From assembly GCF_001194135.2 (NCBI RefSeq), contig NC_068984.1, positions 95,808,298 to 95,847,139 of the forward strand: a stretch of DNA of 38,842 bases, in the 5' to 3' direction. Both the position numbers and the translations under genes were made by a program. Below the pieces are notes generated by a model. It searched no databases. It worked only from the letters and a program-made list of their open reading frames with translations, and was not told the origin of the DNA. Source of the DNA: Octopus bimaculoides. Taxonomy: Eukaryota. Below, piece after piece: positions 12,456 to 25,153 of the stretch (position 1 is its first letter; each line of letters begins with the position of its first letter).

Positions 12456-13289
12456 TTCTCAATCTCTTCTTCTTCTTCTTTTATATGTGTTTGTATGTAT
12501 CTATGTGTGAGAATCTCCCCCCCACCTCTCTGTATATGTGTATGTCAAGAAGAGTTAATTAGTACACTAGAGCAAGAAAGGATGTAGCCCACCAAATTGT
12601 TTTGCTTCCCGTGGAAAATCGTTCAGGTGAGATCTGTAACTGTTGACGTCTTCAATAAAGGTGGTGCTGTAAAAGAGGAGAGGACAGTTTAGTTATGCAA
12701 GAATTATGGGTGGAGTAATGGCTGTGTGGTAAGAAGTTCTTGCAATTATATTACTTTCAGGTATGACACTTTGTATTACTGCTTGCTTTGAAATGACTAA
12801 AGCCTTATGAGTGAAATTTGGTAGATTGTAAAGGAACTGTTTGTATTCTTTGGTAGTAAACCCAATCCATCATCAGATCCTGAGAAGCCTTTACTGGAGA
12901 CATTCAGGCCAGGTCTCTAGTTTACGGACAACTTTTTCCTTACCTCCACCAGTCACACAGCACAAGACGAAGGAATCAGAGATGTTGCCCTTTCCTTCTC
13001 CCACTATGCTATTAAAAAAAACAATAACATGTCGATACTGTTTTCTTCTTTAACTTGGTTCAAAGTAATCAAAAAGAGAAAATTAGAAAAATTAGAGGCT
13101 GTGTTGTTCATGCCTTTCCTAAGGTGTCAATAGTAAAGTGTAGGTGAAGTGATGTCTTATCAAGTGAGAAATGAAAGAGGGTTGCATTTAGTATGCCATG
13201 TTCTATGGCCACAAACATGTCAATGATAGACCATAAAGATATTTAACATTCAAACAAGGTCATAAATATCAGGGCTTGACATTAACTCA

Positions 13290-14292
13290 TACAGTAACTC
13301 ATAAGTCATTCTAAGACAAACAAGGTCTGATGAAATAAAAGTATGCATTAAGTCTTCACACCTATGGAATAAAGTACAGAAATTCTCCTTCAATACTAAC
13401 GTGCAAACTTTATTACATGGGGACCAATGTGCAAAACAGTTTTCAACTTGGCTCCTCCAATTAGGAAATGGGAAAGTACCATTTGATGGGAATGGCAATA
13501 TCAGTTTGGCTTATATTACTATTATGGTGAATTCCCCAGCTGAACTGAAGAACAGGGTATTTCCAGACTTAAGTATTAAATATAATTCACATAAATGGTT
13601 GTGTGAAAGGGCAATTCTTGCTCCAAAAAATGAAACACTAGCAAGGATTAACCATGAATTAATGAATAAGATTCCAAGTCATTAAGAAGTACAAATCAGT
13701 TGATTCAGTCCTTGATGAATTATCACCTAATGTGACAGAAACTACCATCATCACTGGATGTGCCTCTGGGGAAGAGGCTTTCATTCCAAGAATTCCAATC
13801 AAACCAACAGACATGCCCTTTCAGTTCAAACAAACACAATTCCCAGTGTGACTTTGCTTTGCATTGTCTATTAATAAAGCTCAAGGTCAGTCTTTGAAAT
13901 CTACTGGCTTGCTTTTCTCATGGTCAACTTTATATTGGTTGCTCCAAGGTAGGTAGTTTACAAGACTTATTTGTCTATGCTCCAAACCAGGAAACAAAGA
14001 ATGTTGTTTACTGAGAAGCTCTTACGTAATTTCCTTCAACATATGTGGTAGAATTTATCTCCTTTCATAAAAGTGGTAAATTTTGTATTTTCGTTTATTA
14101 TTATTATTATTATTATTATTATTTTGTATTATGAATTAAGAATAAATTGTATCTCAATTAAAGAATAAATTGTATCTCAATTGAAGAATAAATTGAATTT
14201 AGAATAACAAATTTCTATACATATTTTGTTTTTTCCTTCCAATATATAGGGAAAAAATTTCATTCCTGGGCAACATCGGGTGCCTCTGCTAG
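13290..14292 (+). mobile_element. Helitron 3' part: Pif1-like helicase remnant with terminal hairpin and CTAG
   Basis: Fragments IKSSHLWNKVQKF, FSTWLLQLGNGKV, WLCERAILAPKNE, FIPRIP...QFPV*LCFALSINKAQGQSL and FSHGQLYIGCSKV. The element ends gggcaacatcgggtgcctctgCTAG|T at 14292. Confidence 0.85.
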
Positions 14293-14489
14293 TATTACAT
14301 ATAACTGAAACATTGTATATAACTGTTTGTTGCCCCAAATGTATGTATACATATGTACGTGTGTATGTATATTAAACACTTGTGTCTACTACAACTGTTT
14401 AACTTTCTGATAACACAGTTACTTTGGTATGGGTTATACTTCATAATCAACCAATATAAATAGCTAGTAGTTTAGTTCTGAGATACATC

Positions 14490-14830
14490 TCACAGGTGTT
14501 CTGGGATGCATCACCAGTGATGTTTTTAGGATCATAGGGGGTTTTGGGCATTTCAACAGCAGACCCCTTGGTCAGTTGACCCAGCCTGTGCTGATCAAGT
14601 CTCAGCTTGCATCTCAGCAAACAACTGGTCTGCCTTCTTCATTCAGACCCACTTAGTGGTCCTTCCTGAAGCTTTAGTGATGTAATATATGACTCCTCTC
14701 TTTATCGCACCAGTAACTCGAAGCCCAATCAGAACTTTGAAGAGTGAACACCCCACAAAACCCCAGCAGTCTACTCTAATTGGCTTGCAATGTCCCTACC
14801 AGCCTTGGTTTCTGCATTGATCTACCAGCC
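14490..14830 (-). mobile_element. Second HERO-like element, extreme C-terminus and 3' UTR only
   Basis: The - frame reads QCRNQGW*GHCKPIRVDCWGFVGCSLFKVLIGLRVTGAIKRG...ASGRTTKWV*MKK, comparable to the HERO C-terminus. It is followed by ggctgggtcaactgaccaaggggtctgctgttgaaatgcccaaaacccc...catcactggtgatg, which resembles HERO 3' UTRs as recalled. Confidence 0.55.
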
Positions 14831-15436
14831 AGCTGGAATTCATTTTTTTATGTCTCTGATTGTTCTATGGATGGTAACTGTATCCTTCAGATTGTTGTCA
14901 AAAAAAAAAAAGATTCCTACAACAGGGACAATGCTATGCATTTTAGAATGGAGACTGCATGTAATGAAATCATCTTCAATATTTAACTGGTATTTTACTT
15001 GATTAAACTAGGCAGGATTTCAACCCAGAAATCAAATACATTTAGTCCAGCACTGACTATTGAACACTATCATCATCATATGAAGTGACAATGGAACCTC
15101 TGGGATAGACATTCGCAACTACCGTATAATAAACTATCTACAAGTGTGTCATGAGTTTTTCAGGAAAGTCGGAAATAGCAAAGATATTTAAAAAACTTTG
15201 GTATTCTTAAAGCACCACTGCATATATATTCTTTGTGGCAAAGTGCAATGTGTGCAAACATCTCTTTTTTAATACAGTAAAACTTAAAAAGCTGATGATG
15301 TTCCATAACTGTTTTATCTCTAATCTAGGTCGTCTCATAGGACGCCCTGAATAACTGTTTTAGTATCTTATTTATTATGGTATTGATTGAAAAAGGTGGC
15401 ATATCACTGTACAACAGAATCCACTCTATCTATCAA

Positions 15437-15672
15437 GGTGGTGAGCTGGCAGAAACGTTAGCACGCCGGGCAAAATGCTTAGCGGTATTTCGTCTGCCGC
15501 TACGTTCTGACTTCAAATTCCGCCGAGGTCGACTTTCGTCCTTTCGGGGGTCGATTAAATAAGTACCAGTTACGCACTGGGGTCGATATAATCGACTTAA
15601 TCCATTTGTCTGTCCTTGTTTGTCCCCTCTGTGTGTAGCTCCTTGTAGGCAGTAAAGAAATAAGAAATAAGA
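15437..15672 (+). mobile_element. tRNA-derived SINE with a conserved central domain
   Basis: A-box-like TGGCAGAAACG and B-box-like ACTTCAAATTCC, then ctttcgtcctttcggggtcgattaaataagtaccag and a (TAAGAAA)n tail. The central domain resembles Meta/MESC-type SINE cores (not verified). Confidence 0.75.
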
Positions 15673-17713
15673 ATCCACTCTATCTGCTGGAAATAGTAAC
15701 CAAATTTTCCACTAATGACACTCAAAAGAAAAGGTACAAAAGAAAGGGCACATCAGATAACGTTATCCTATATTCACTGAAATAAAATATAGGACGGCTA
15801 TAACTGAATTTTCTTACGTCACAGATCTGATAAGTCAAGGCTGACGTGGGGAAAGGAACAGCACCCTATATACAAGTCAACATTTACGAGGTCGCTAGAT
15901 CTGCAGGAAATAACTGCTAAACCCTCAAACGTCAGAATTTTAACCGTGACTTTCATCATTAGTAGTCGTTAAATAAAGTACCGGTCATATATTGAGTCAC
16001 TTCAACATTACTACGAAGCGTCCTAATGTAAATGGAAGAAGGCATATCGGATAATGTAGTCATAGGTGCACTATGTTAGAAACAAAAAATGTTGTAGTCA
16101 TGGTTGGAATGCCTTAGGCCAGCAGAAAGGACTGACCTGGAACAGTTAAACAACACGAGCTGAGAGGTGAAAGACAAAAATTAAAATGAGAAAGAGAGAG
16201 AGAGCGGGGTGGAGAGAGATAGTTTACTACTTGATGTCATAGAAGATCCATAAATATGTGTTGAGGAACAACATTAAAACGGATGAGGGACGAATCCTTA
16301 AACAGTAAAACTGAAAAATCCGAAAGAATTAATATTTCTTATCTACAGGAAAAACATTTTAATTTATGAAATTTATCTCACTGAATTCTATTTGTATTAC
16401 AGGTATCGTTTCGATCAAATAAAATGATCGTGCTATATTAACACTATAATTTTCCTCATCTGAGACTTTTTCATTAGATTTGAATGAGAGTTTACCGTTT
16501 CTGGTACATTGTGTATTCAAACAAATGAAATGTTTCTACTGCATTAAGACCGTTCATTTCATTTTCTGATTTTGTTAAAATGTAAATATCCTCTCAACAG
16601 TTTTTTCTAACATTTTTGAAAAGACAATGAGAAAACCACTCTTCGCCTGCTAGAAATAGCAATAAGATCTTCCTGAAATAGCATTTTATCTTTTAAAAAA
16701 AGCAAGGACACATTAGATAGAGTAACCCGGCGGAATATCGTAAGATTGTGACGAGATCCACAATGTCCTACCTGGCTGGAATTAGACTTAGAAGAATGGT
16801 AGGGCAGTAATTAGTGAGCTGTAGAAGGAACCAGAAAACGCTTCATCATGGATAGGGCAGACGCATGAGAAAGAAAGGGGTAAGCGGAATACGAAGGACA
16901 AATAGTAAAACAATATAGTTATTGCATGGTTGAAGTAGTTATAATGGTACCCAACATGATGTAGTGGTTGCAGAGATAACAAAAGAAAACAGGGTGCTGC
17001 AATCTGGGCCAAAATACATCGGACATTCCCTGGTAGCACCAATGCTAGTGGACACAGCTAAAGACAGTGAAACAGTCGAAGGTGCCAAAATTTTTGTATT
17101 TTCCCTCACACAGAGGATAAAAGAATAATACGATTGCAGTATTAAAATTAAATAACAGAAATAAAATATAAATGTTCTTACATTAAGTCATGAATCAACC
17201 GAAGTAATGCATTCCTTTATAAATACATAGCTACTGCAATACGATGTTGTTGATAGCATGACTTCCTATTTTTTCTCACTGAGGCGAGTGATTGCGGATG
17301 TCAGTTGTTAGACTGTGGCAGCAGCAGCAGCAGTAGTCGTCGTAGTAATGATGGTGAGCGGTCGTTTGCTGAAGATCTGACATTTATTACATTGATATTA
17401 TAGAAAATTGTCTTGTTTGTTTTAAAGCAATCGTGTAAATAGCATAAACCAAGGGGAAGTTTCCTCTGTCGGACACATAACATTGAGCTACTTATCTAGA
17501 TTATATCTGTGTATGTATGTGGGTGTTGCCTTGTTCGAAGTCACTTTCGATACTACAAACCTTTGATCAAAGACGTCACCATTCTATTTTTATTTTGAAA
17601 CATAAGTACTGGCCACAGCGTGCCCTCAGACGAGAGATTTGGCTGCTATTTCTAGCAGATCAAGCAAGTGCACAAAGGATCCCTCGGTGGCTTGAATATG
17701 TGTGAGCGTGTAT

Positions 17714-18099
17714 AGGATGTACGATACGGTGATTGTGTGGTAAGTAGCTTGCTTACTAACCACACGGCTCTGGGTTCAGTCCCACTGCGTGGTACCTTGG
17801 GCAAGTGTCTTCTACTATAGCCTCAGGCCAACCAAAGCCTTATGAGTGAATTTGGTAGACGGAAACTGAAAGAAGCCCGTCGTATGTATGTATGTATATG
17901 TTTGTGAGTCTGTTTGCCCCCACCACCATCGATTGACAACCGATGTTGGTGTGTTTACGTCCCCGTAACTAAGCGGTTCGGCAAAAGAGACGGAATAAGT
18001 ACTAGGCTTGCAAAAAATAAGTCCTTGAGTCGATTTCTTTGACTAAAGGCAGTGCTCTAGCATGGCTGCAGTCAAATGACTGAAATAAATAAAAGAATA
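17714..18099 (+). mobile_element. tRNA/CORE-type SINE, copy A
   Basis: tgtggtaagtagcttgc...gggttcagtcccactgcgtggtaccttgggcaagtgtc (B box plus MIR-CORE-like motif), an internal microsatellite and an A-rich tail. Highly similar to 20224-20625. Confidence 0.85.
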
Positions 18100-18289
18100 T
18101 CCCACAATCACACTTATAACACTAGGGCTAAATCTAAGATGTATAAATCAGCTACCCGTACCAAAAATATGGACAACTGCCCTCCACCTAAACACCTCAA
18201 TTACAATATGCACAGAACCCCCCCAANNNNNNNNNNAAAATATGGACAACTGCCCTCCACCTAAACACCTCAATTACAATATGCACAGA

Positions 18290-19041
18290 ACCCCCCCAAA
18301 AAGCGGTGGCCGCTCCATCCTGTGGTACACCCCCCATTCTCACTTAACACTAGGAACTTAGTCAAATCTTTCTTTAAAATACTAGATACTAACTTCCCAC
18401 GACAACACAAATACCACTCTATATTCAATAGATCCACTTTAAAAATTGTCGTATTCTATCACTCCTAACTTTGAATCTATTATAGCAACTTCTAACAAAC
18501 ATAAACTCTCGCTCTATTACCAAAACCTAAGCAACCATAACTACGCTAGCGCCAGCACCCGACCCACACACACACCCAACACGGACATTAATATACGTTC
18601 TTCTAACACTAACGCTCGTACACTAGAACAAAACCACAGTGGATCCCAACCCATTAATATTCTAGATAATAACAATACCAATAATCACATTGATAGGACA
18701 AATAGCCATAACAATAATTCCATTAATCTAGATTCTTACACATCCCCCAATAACATATCCTCCAATAATAATAACTCACCCACCAGCAGACGCAACCCTC
18801 AAGCCTCCTACACTTGTAACTGTCGCTCCGGGACTATCTGTCCGCTTCAAACACATTGCGTAAGATACAACGTAATATATAAATGTACCGTGAGAAATCT
18901 ATTACATAACTCTACTGCTACATACATAGGTGCAACTAAAAACTTCAAACATCGCTACGCAGCCCATTTGCACTCTTTTAGATACGATAAGCACAGTAAA
19001 TCTACATTAGCCAATCACATTCATCACCTCAAAAGCAAAAA
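18290..19041 (+). mobile_element. Penelope-like element C-terminal region with GIY-YIG endonuclease
   Basis: HPPFSLNTRNLVKSFFKILDTNFP...HSIFNRSTLKLSYSITPNF, then CNCRSGTICPLQTHC and NVIYKC...TYIGATKNFKHRYAAHLHSF. It ends at an N gap. Confidence 0.85.
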
Positions 19042-19141
19042 NNNNNNNNNNNNNNNNNNNNNNNNNNNNNNNNNNNNNNNNNNNNNNNNNNNNNNNNNNN
19101 NNNNNNNNNNNNNNNNNNNNNNNNNNNNNNNNNNNNNNNNN

Positions 19142-19980
19142 GTACTGTATGTAGATTTAGCCCACAAACAAACTGTAAAACCAGAAATGTGATCTATAGT
19201 ATAAGATGTACAGAGGGACAATGCAGTAACAAGACAACGAAGTATGTAGGTGAAACAGCACAGAGCATAGGGGAGCGGGCAAATGAACATTGGAGGGAAC
19301 TTAAGGAAGGGAAGAGCTCATCAGTTCTGTACCAGCACGCTGAGCAAGAACACGGAGGCTCACTCAACAACATAGAAATTAAAATCTTATCCACACATAG
19401 CAGAGGCGCAGCACTTTGACAAATTACAAAAGCTACACATATAATAGAAGATAAACCTAGCCTGAATAGGAAACTGGAATGGAACACTAACACACACCCC
19501 TAACAAACCACAACATATGACAATAAATTCCCCATAAACCAATAACAATATGAACAAAATATAATACAATACAATACATAGATAAACAAATGGAATTAAA
19601 TACTACATACGTTAACAAAATTAACTTAAATACAAAAAAAGTAGGTATCAACACATGAACAAATAAATAAATAAAAACAAAAATAAACGAACATGTATTA
19701 ACAGAGGATATAGATAACACAGGTACTCCCCATACACACACATGCACTTACAAAACATAGACACACATTGAGGGATACGCATGCGTAGACACATGCAATA
19801 GGAATACAAAATACAAAATGGCTGATAGTTAGCAAGGTGGGACACACATAAAAAAGAAGAAAGCAAAGGATCACTGATGAGGTCACAGAAGTGTGACGAA
19901 AGAACTCTGGCCGAAATAGGATTAATGTAATGTAATATAAAGCTGAAGCAAATTAACACCAAATATACAGTGCGTGTGTT
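19142..19980 (+). mobile_element. Penelope-like element 3' end (GIY-YIG endonuclease, 3' region, hammerhead)
   Basis: NVIYSIRCTEGQC...KYVGETAQSIGERANEH...SSVLYQHAEQEHGG...PSLNRKLEWN, followed by a hammerhead motif at 19868-19912. Confidence 0.85.
19868..19912 (+). ncRNA. Minimal type I hammerhead ribozyme (PLE-associated)
   Basis: ggatca-CTGATGA-g-GTCACA-gaag-TGTGAC-GAAA-G-aa-C-TC-tggcc. The core is intact, stem II is 6 bp, stem III is 2 bp, the triplet is CUC (predicted cut after 19907) and stem I is short. Confidence 0.75.
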
Positions 19981-20223
19981 TTTNNNNNNNNNNNNNNNNN
20001 NNNNNNNNNNNNNNNNNNNNNNNNNNNNNNNNNNNNNNNNNNNNNNNNNNNNNNNNNNNNNNNNNNNNNNNNNNNNNNNNNNNNNNNNNNNNNNNNNNNN
20101 NNNNNNNNNNNNNNNNNNNNNNNNNNNNNNNNNNNNNNNNNNNNNNNNNNNNNNNNNNNNNNNNNNNNNNNNNNNNNNNNNNNNNNNNNNNNNNNNNNNN
20201 NNNNNNNNNNNNNGTATGTATAT

Positions 20224-20391
20224 AGGAGTGTCTGTGTGGTAAGTAGCTTGCTTACCAACCACATGGTTTCGGGTTCAGTCCCACTGCGTGGCACCTTGGG
20301 CAAGTGTCTTCTACTATAGCCTCGGGCCGACCAAAGCCTTGTGAGTGGACTTGGTAGACGGAAACTGAAAGAAGCCCGTCGTATATATATG

Positions 20392-20424
<33 letters not shown>

Positions 20425-20625
20425 GTGTCTGTGTTTGTCCCCGCAACATCGCTTGACAACCGATGCTGGTGTGTTTACGTCCTCGTAACTTAGCGGTTCG
20501 GCAAAAGAGACCGATAGAATAAGTACTAGGCTTACAAAGAATAAGCTCTGGCGTCGATTTGCTCGACTAAAGGCGGTGCCTCAGCATGACCGCAGTCAAA
20601 TGACTGAAACAAGTAAAAGAGTAAA
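20224..20625 (+). mobile_element. tRNA/CORE-type SINE, copy B
   Basis: Same family as 17714-18099, with an expanded internal (TA)n. A much older partial copy lies at about 12710-12840. Confidence 0.85.
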
Positions 20626-20939
20626 GGGTATAAAAAAATAAATATACCAATACGTCATAATGTCTTTAAGCTTTTGAAGTTCACTAATTTTCCTTGGAAA
20701 AACTTGTTGGAAGGGTTAGGATGCATGTGTTTCTGTGCAGTGTTTTTTTTCAAGAAGGCTAGATGTTTATGTGTCAAACAGAAAGTGGGGTAGTAGTAGT
20801 AGCAGTAGTAAGTTCCTGTGAATAAGGGGAGATAATTCTGTGGGTTTTGTACTTTTTAATTGGAATGCTGGATTCTTTGTCAACAGGATGCTTATGTCTG
20901 TTCTTAGATTTAATGAGGTAGGTTAGAAAAAAGAATACA

Positions 20940-22545
20940 GTCACCGTGTAGTTTGCATATTAAGAAGTGTTTAGAATTTTTCAATAAAAATATTCTCCTT
21001 GTTGATTCTTTCTTGTGTAGAGATTCTGTCTTTACATTGATAGAGAGGGAAACTGAGAAATTTGGGATTTTTATTTCTAGTGCAAGACTCTATGTGGCCA
21101 CTGAGTGGAATTTGACGGTACTGTAGGAGATTTATCTGTTCTTTATGGACTGCTACTCTTCTGCGTAAAGGCATGCTTGTTTGTCCGATATAATTGTGTT
21201 GGCAACCTGCGTATGTAAGGATGTAAATGAGGTTCTCGGAGGAACAAGTGAAGTTGGTCTTGATTTTAAACTTTGTTCCTTGTTTGAAAGTAAATTCAGA
21301 GCCTTCAAGTAGGTAGGGGCAGGTACCACAGTTAGGGCATGCACATTTTTTAACTGATGGGGGTGGATGTGGTGTGTGTAGTTTGGCATTTGTTGAGTTT
21401 TTTCAATGATTTGTGTTGCCTTTTGCATTTAAGGATTTTATGTGTATTGATAATATTATTCATTTTCGGGTCTGTGGTCAGTAAGGGGAGGTTTTGTATG
21501 ATTGTGGTGTATGCTTCAATGTTTTTGAGGTTGTGGGTGGAAATGTATGGAAGTATTTTGAGGTTGGGTGTGTTACTGTGTTGGGTGGTTTTTCAGTGTG
21601 TTATTGTCAGTTCCTTGGCGCGTTTTATTCCATAGTCTATGAGTATGGAGAGATATTGGTGTTGTAATAGTGTTTTTTGAGGTCTTGTAGGCATATTTCT
21701 TGAGTGGTTGGGTCAGAGACAATGGTGCAAATCCTTTTAGCTAAGTTGATATATATCTTGGTGTGTTTTGGGTGGCATGAGCTGAAGAGGAGATATTGTT
21801 GTGAGTCTGTAGGTTTGTGGTAGATGTCGGTTGTGACTTGGTTGTTAGGTGTTTTTATAATTAGGAGATCAAGGAAAGGGAGATGATGTTTGTTGAATTC
21901 CATAGTGAATTGAATGTTGGGATGTATGTTGTTAAGTGTGGTTTTGAATTCCAGAAGTTTTTCATAAGATTCTTTCCATATGATGGAACAATCATCTAGG
22001 TATCTTTTCCAGTTTTCCATTAAGTAGATGTGGAAAAGGTGTCCAAATTTCTGGTGTGATATCTCAGAAAGTGATAGTTCAAAGAAGCCCTTTATGAGGT
22101 TCGCAAGGACCGGTGCAGCTTTGCTACCCATCGCGATACCACATTTTTTATGGTAGTGTGTGTTTTCGAAAAGGAAGTAATTGTTTGTCAGAATGAACTT
22201 GAGTGATTCCGTAATGAAGATCTTACTAAAGCGATTAGGAAATGCTTCTGGGTGTTTCTCCAGCCAGAATTTAATTGCCTCAATATCATATTCATGTAGG
22301 ATGTTGGTATAGAGGTTGATAACATCAAAGGAAACCAAGAATGCCTCCTCGTTGGTTGTTTTCAGGAGGTGCTTGAACATGTCAAGATCATCTCTAATGA
22401 AACTTTTAATGTGACTTAGGAAAGGTTTCAAAAGGATGTCCAGGAAATTGCTTAAGCGGTGTGTTTCGCAGGAGGTGCCAGATATAATGGGTCTTAGTTT
22501 TAAATCTTCCGGTGCCTTGATGTTGATGTGGATGTCAGTGGAGAG
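20940..22545 (-). mobile_element. Penelope-like element (RT plus GIY-YIG), 5'-truncated and degenerate
   Basis: LKLRPIISG, LVSFDVINLYTNI, GIAMGSKAAPVLANL, WKRYLDDC, LPFLDLLI and YHKPTDSQQYLLFSSCHPKH, then CACPNCGTCPY and YIGQTSMPLRRRVAVHKEQI. Confidence 0.9.
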
Positions 22546-22715
22546 CTTGCAATTTATTTTTTTATATATTTATTATTTTTTTCAAAAAAACTTTTTTTTT
22601 CCTCCTTATCTTGAAAATTTGCCATGCAATGAAAGCTAGTTTGAAATCCTTACACCCATTTATATTAAAATATGCTTTCAGTTTAGCGTTCTACCTTATT
22701 ATTATTTTTTACCTT

Positions 22716-24902
22716 CATAGTCGACTGTTACCAAGGTAAAGGTGATGCTTTAGATACAAATAATTACAGAGGTATCAAGTTGTTGGATCAGGTAATGAAG
22801 GTCACGGAGAGGGTCATAGCCCAACAAATTAGGGAGAGAGTCAGTTTAGATGAGATGCAGTTTGGGTTCACGCCAGGGAAAAGCACAACAGATACTATAT
22901 TGCTGGTAAGACAGCTGCAGGAGAAATACCAAGCCAAAGATAAACCTCTGTAACTGGCTTTCGTTGACATGGAGAAAGTATTTGACAGGGATCTCCGATC
23001 CCTTATCTGGTGGTCAATGAGGAAACTAGGGATAGATGAATGGTTAGTGAGTGCTGTGCGAGCCATGTAGAGGGATGCCGTCAGTAAGGTGAGGGTTGGC
23101 AACGAGTACAGTGAAGAATTTCGGGTAGAAGTAGGGATCCACCAAGGTTCAGTCCTCAGCCCCCTCCTATTTATCATAGTCCTCCAGGCGATCACAGAGG
23201 AATTCAAGACAGGATGCCCCTGGGAGCTCCTCTATGCTGAGGAACTTACTCTAATTCTTGAGAAGAAGTTTCAGGTGTGGAAACAAGGATTAGGATCGAA
23301 GGGCCTTAGAGTCAACCTAGCTAAAACCAAAGTCCTAATAAGTAGGAAGGTAGACAAAACACAAACCCCTTCAGGTAGATGGCCCTGCTTGATCTGTAGA
23401 AAAGGCATAGGTAGAAACTCTATAAGCTGTACCCAGTGTAGGGTATGGACACATGAGAGGTGCAGCAATATCAAAGGAAGGCTAACTAGGAAGATAGTTT
23501 TTGTATGTAGCAGATGCTCAGGAGCAATAAACACTGAAAATGTGCAGGGAACAACTTCTGCCACATTCCAGGGAGAAAAACTAGAAGTAGTTGATAGCTT
23601 CCATTACCTAGGTGACTAAGTCAGTAGCAGGGAAGAGTGCGCTGAAAGTGTAGCTACTAGAATAAGAATAGCCTGGGCAAACTTCAGAGAGCTCTTATCT
23701 CTGCTGGTGACAGAAGGCCTCTCGCTCAGAGTAAAAGGCAGACTGTATGACGCATGTGTACNNNNNNNNNNCTCTCGCTCAGAGTAAAAGGCAGACTGTA
23801 TGACGCATGTGTACGAACAGCCATGCTACATGGCAGTGAAACATGGGCTGTGACGGCTGAGGACATGTGTAAGCTCACAAGGAATGAAGCCAGTATGCTC
23901 TGATTGATGTGTAATGTCAGTGTGCATACTCGACAGAGTGAAAGTACCTTGAGAGAAAAGTTGAACCTAAGAAGCATCAGTTGTGGTGTGCAAGAGAGAC
24001 GATTGCGCTGGTATGGTCATGTGGCGAGAATGGATGAGGATAGCTGTGTAAAAAAGTGCCACACCCTAGCGGTTGAGGGAACCTGTGGAAGAGGTAGACC
24101 CAGGAAGACCTGGGATGAGGTTGTGAAGCATGACCTTTGAACATTAGGCCTCATCGAGGCAATGACTAGTGACCGAGACCTTTGGAAATATGCTGTGCGT
24201 GAGAAGACCCGGCAAGCCAAGTGAGGCCATAACCCAGGGTTGTAGCCAGCCCACTTATGCGTACCTTCCCTTCTTTGGACACAAAACTCTGCATGTGAAG
24301 ACCTGTTGGGGCAAGTGAAATCAAAATCAAACCAAATTTGACGACTGGCACCCATGCTAACCTTCCTTCAGTGCACACTAAACTCTGCTTACAAAGACCT
24401 GTTGGGGCAAGTGAAATCGAAATTGAACCAAATTCGATGACTGGCACCTGTGCCAGTGGAGCGCTAACAGCTCTATCTGAGCAGGATCACTGCCAGTGCA
24501 GCTGTCTGGCTTCCGTGCTGGTGACATGTAAAAAACGCCATTTGAGCGTGATCGTTACTAGCGTCGCCTTACTGACACTTGTGCTGGTGGCACATGAACA
24601 CAACATTCGAGTGAGGTCATTGCCAGTGCAGCTGGACTGACTCCTGTGCAGGTTGCACATAAAAAACACCATTTGAGTGTGGTCGTTGCCAGTACCACCA
24701 GACTGGCCCTCGTGCTGGTGGCACGTAAAAGCACCCACTACACTCTTGGAGTGGTTGGCATTAGGAAGGGCATCTAGCTGTATAAACTCTGCCAGATCAG
24801 ATTGGAGCCTGGTGCAGCCATCTGGTTCGCCAGTCCTCAGTCAAATCATCCAACCCATGCTAGAATGGAAAGCGGATGTTAAATGATGATGATGATGATG
24901 AT
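22716..24902 (+). mobile_element. 5'-truncated RTE-clade LINE with complete 3' UTR and (GAT)n tail
   Basis: NYRGIKLL, EMQFGFTPGKST, LAFVDMEKVFD, VGIHQGSVLSPLLF, LLYAEEL, FHYLGD and RLRWYGHVARM...GRGRPRKTW. The tail reads gcggatgttaaat(gat)n. Confidence 0.93.
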
Positions 24903-24906
24903 AATT

Positions 24907-24937
<31 letters not shown>

Positions 24938-25153
24938 ATATATATAATAATAATAATAATAATATATATATGCATATATACATACATATATGTACATACT
25001 TATATATGTATATACACATGCATATATGGGTACAGGATGTCATAGAACGTAAGTAACATGAAATACGAAATACGAAGACATAGAGTATATGAACATTTTT
25101 TTGCGAACAATGAAAGAAACAAATAGAAAACAAGACAAGCAGCATAAAGAACG

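Noticed and set aside
15437-15520. tRNA gene
   Set aside because: The A/B boxes belong to a SINE head. There is no cloverleaf, and it is followed by a SINE body and tail.
16950-17130. Open + frame NGTQHDVVVAEITKENRVLQSGPKYIGHSLVAPMLV...
   Set aside because: No start codon, no clear splice sites and no recognisable family. It may be a decayed TE.
18165-18300. Apparent tandem repeats of about 50-60 bp flanking 10-N gaps (also 23712-23820 and 26910-27000)
   Set aside because: The same pattern occurs at three separate 10-N gaps, so it is most likely unmerged contig overlap rather than real duplication.
24280-24730. CRISPR-like repeat array
   Set aside because: The units are degenerate tandem repeats without unique spacers, inside a eukaryotic LINE 3' UTR.
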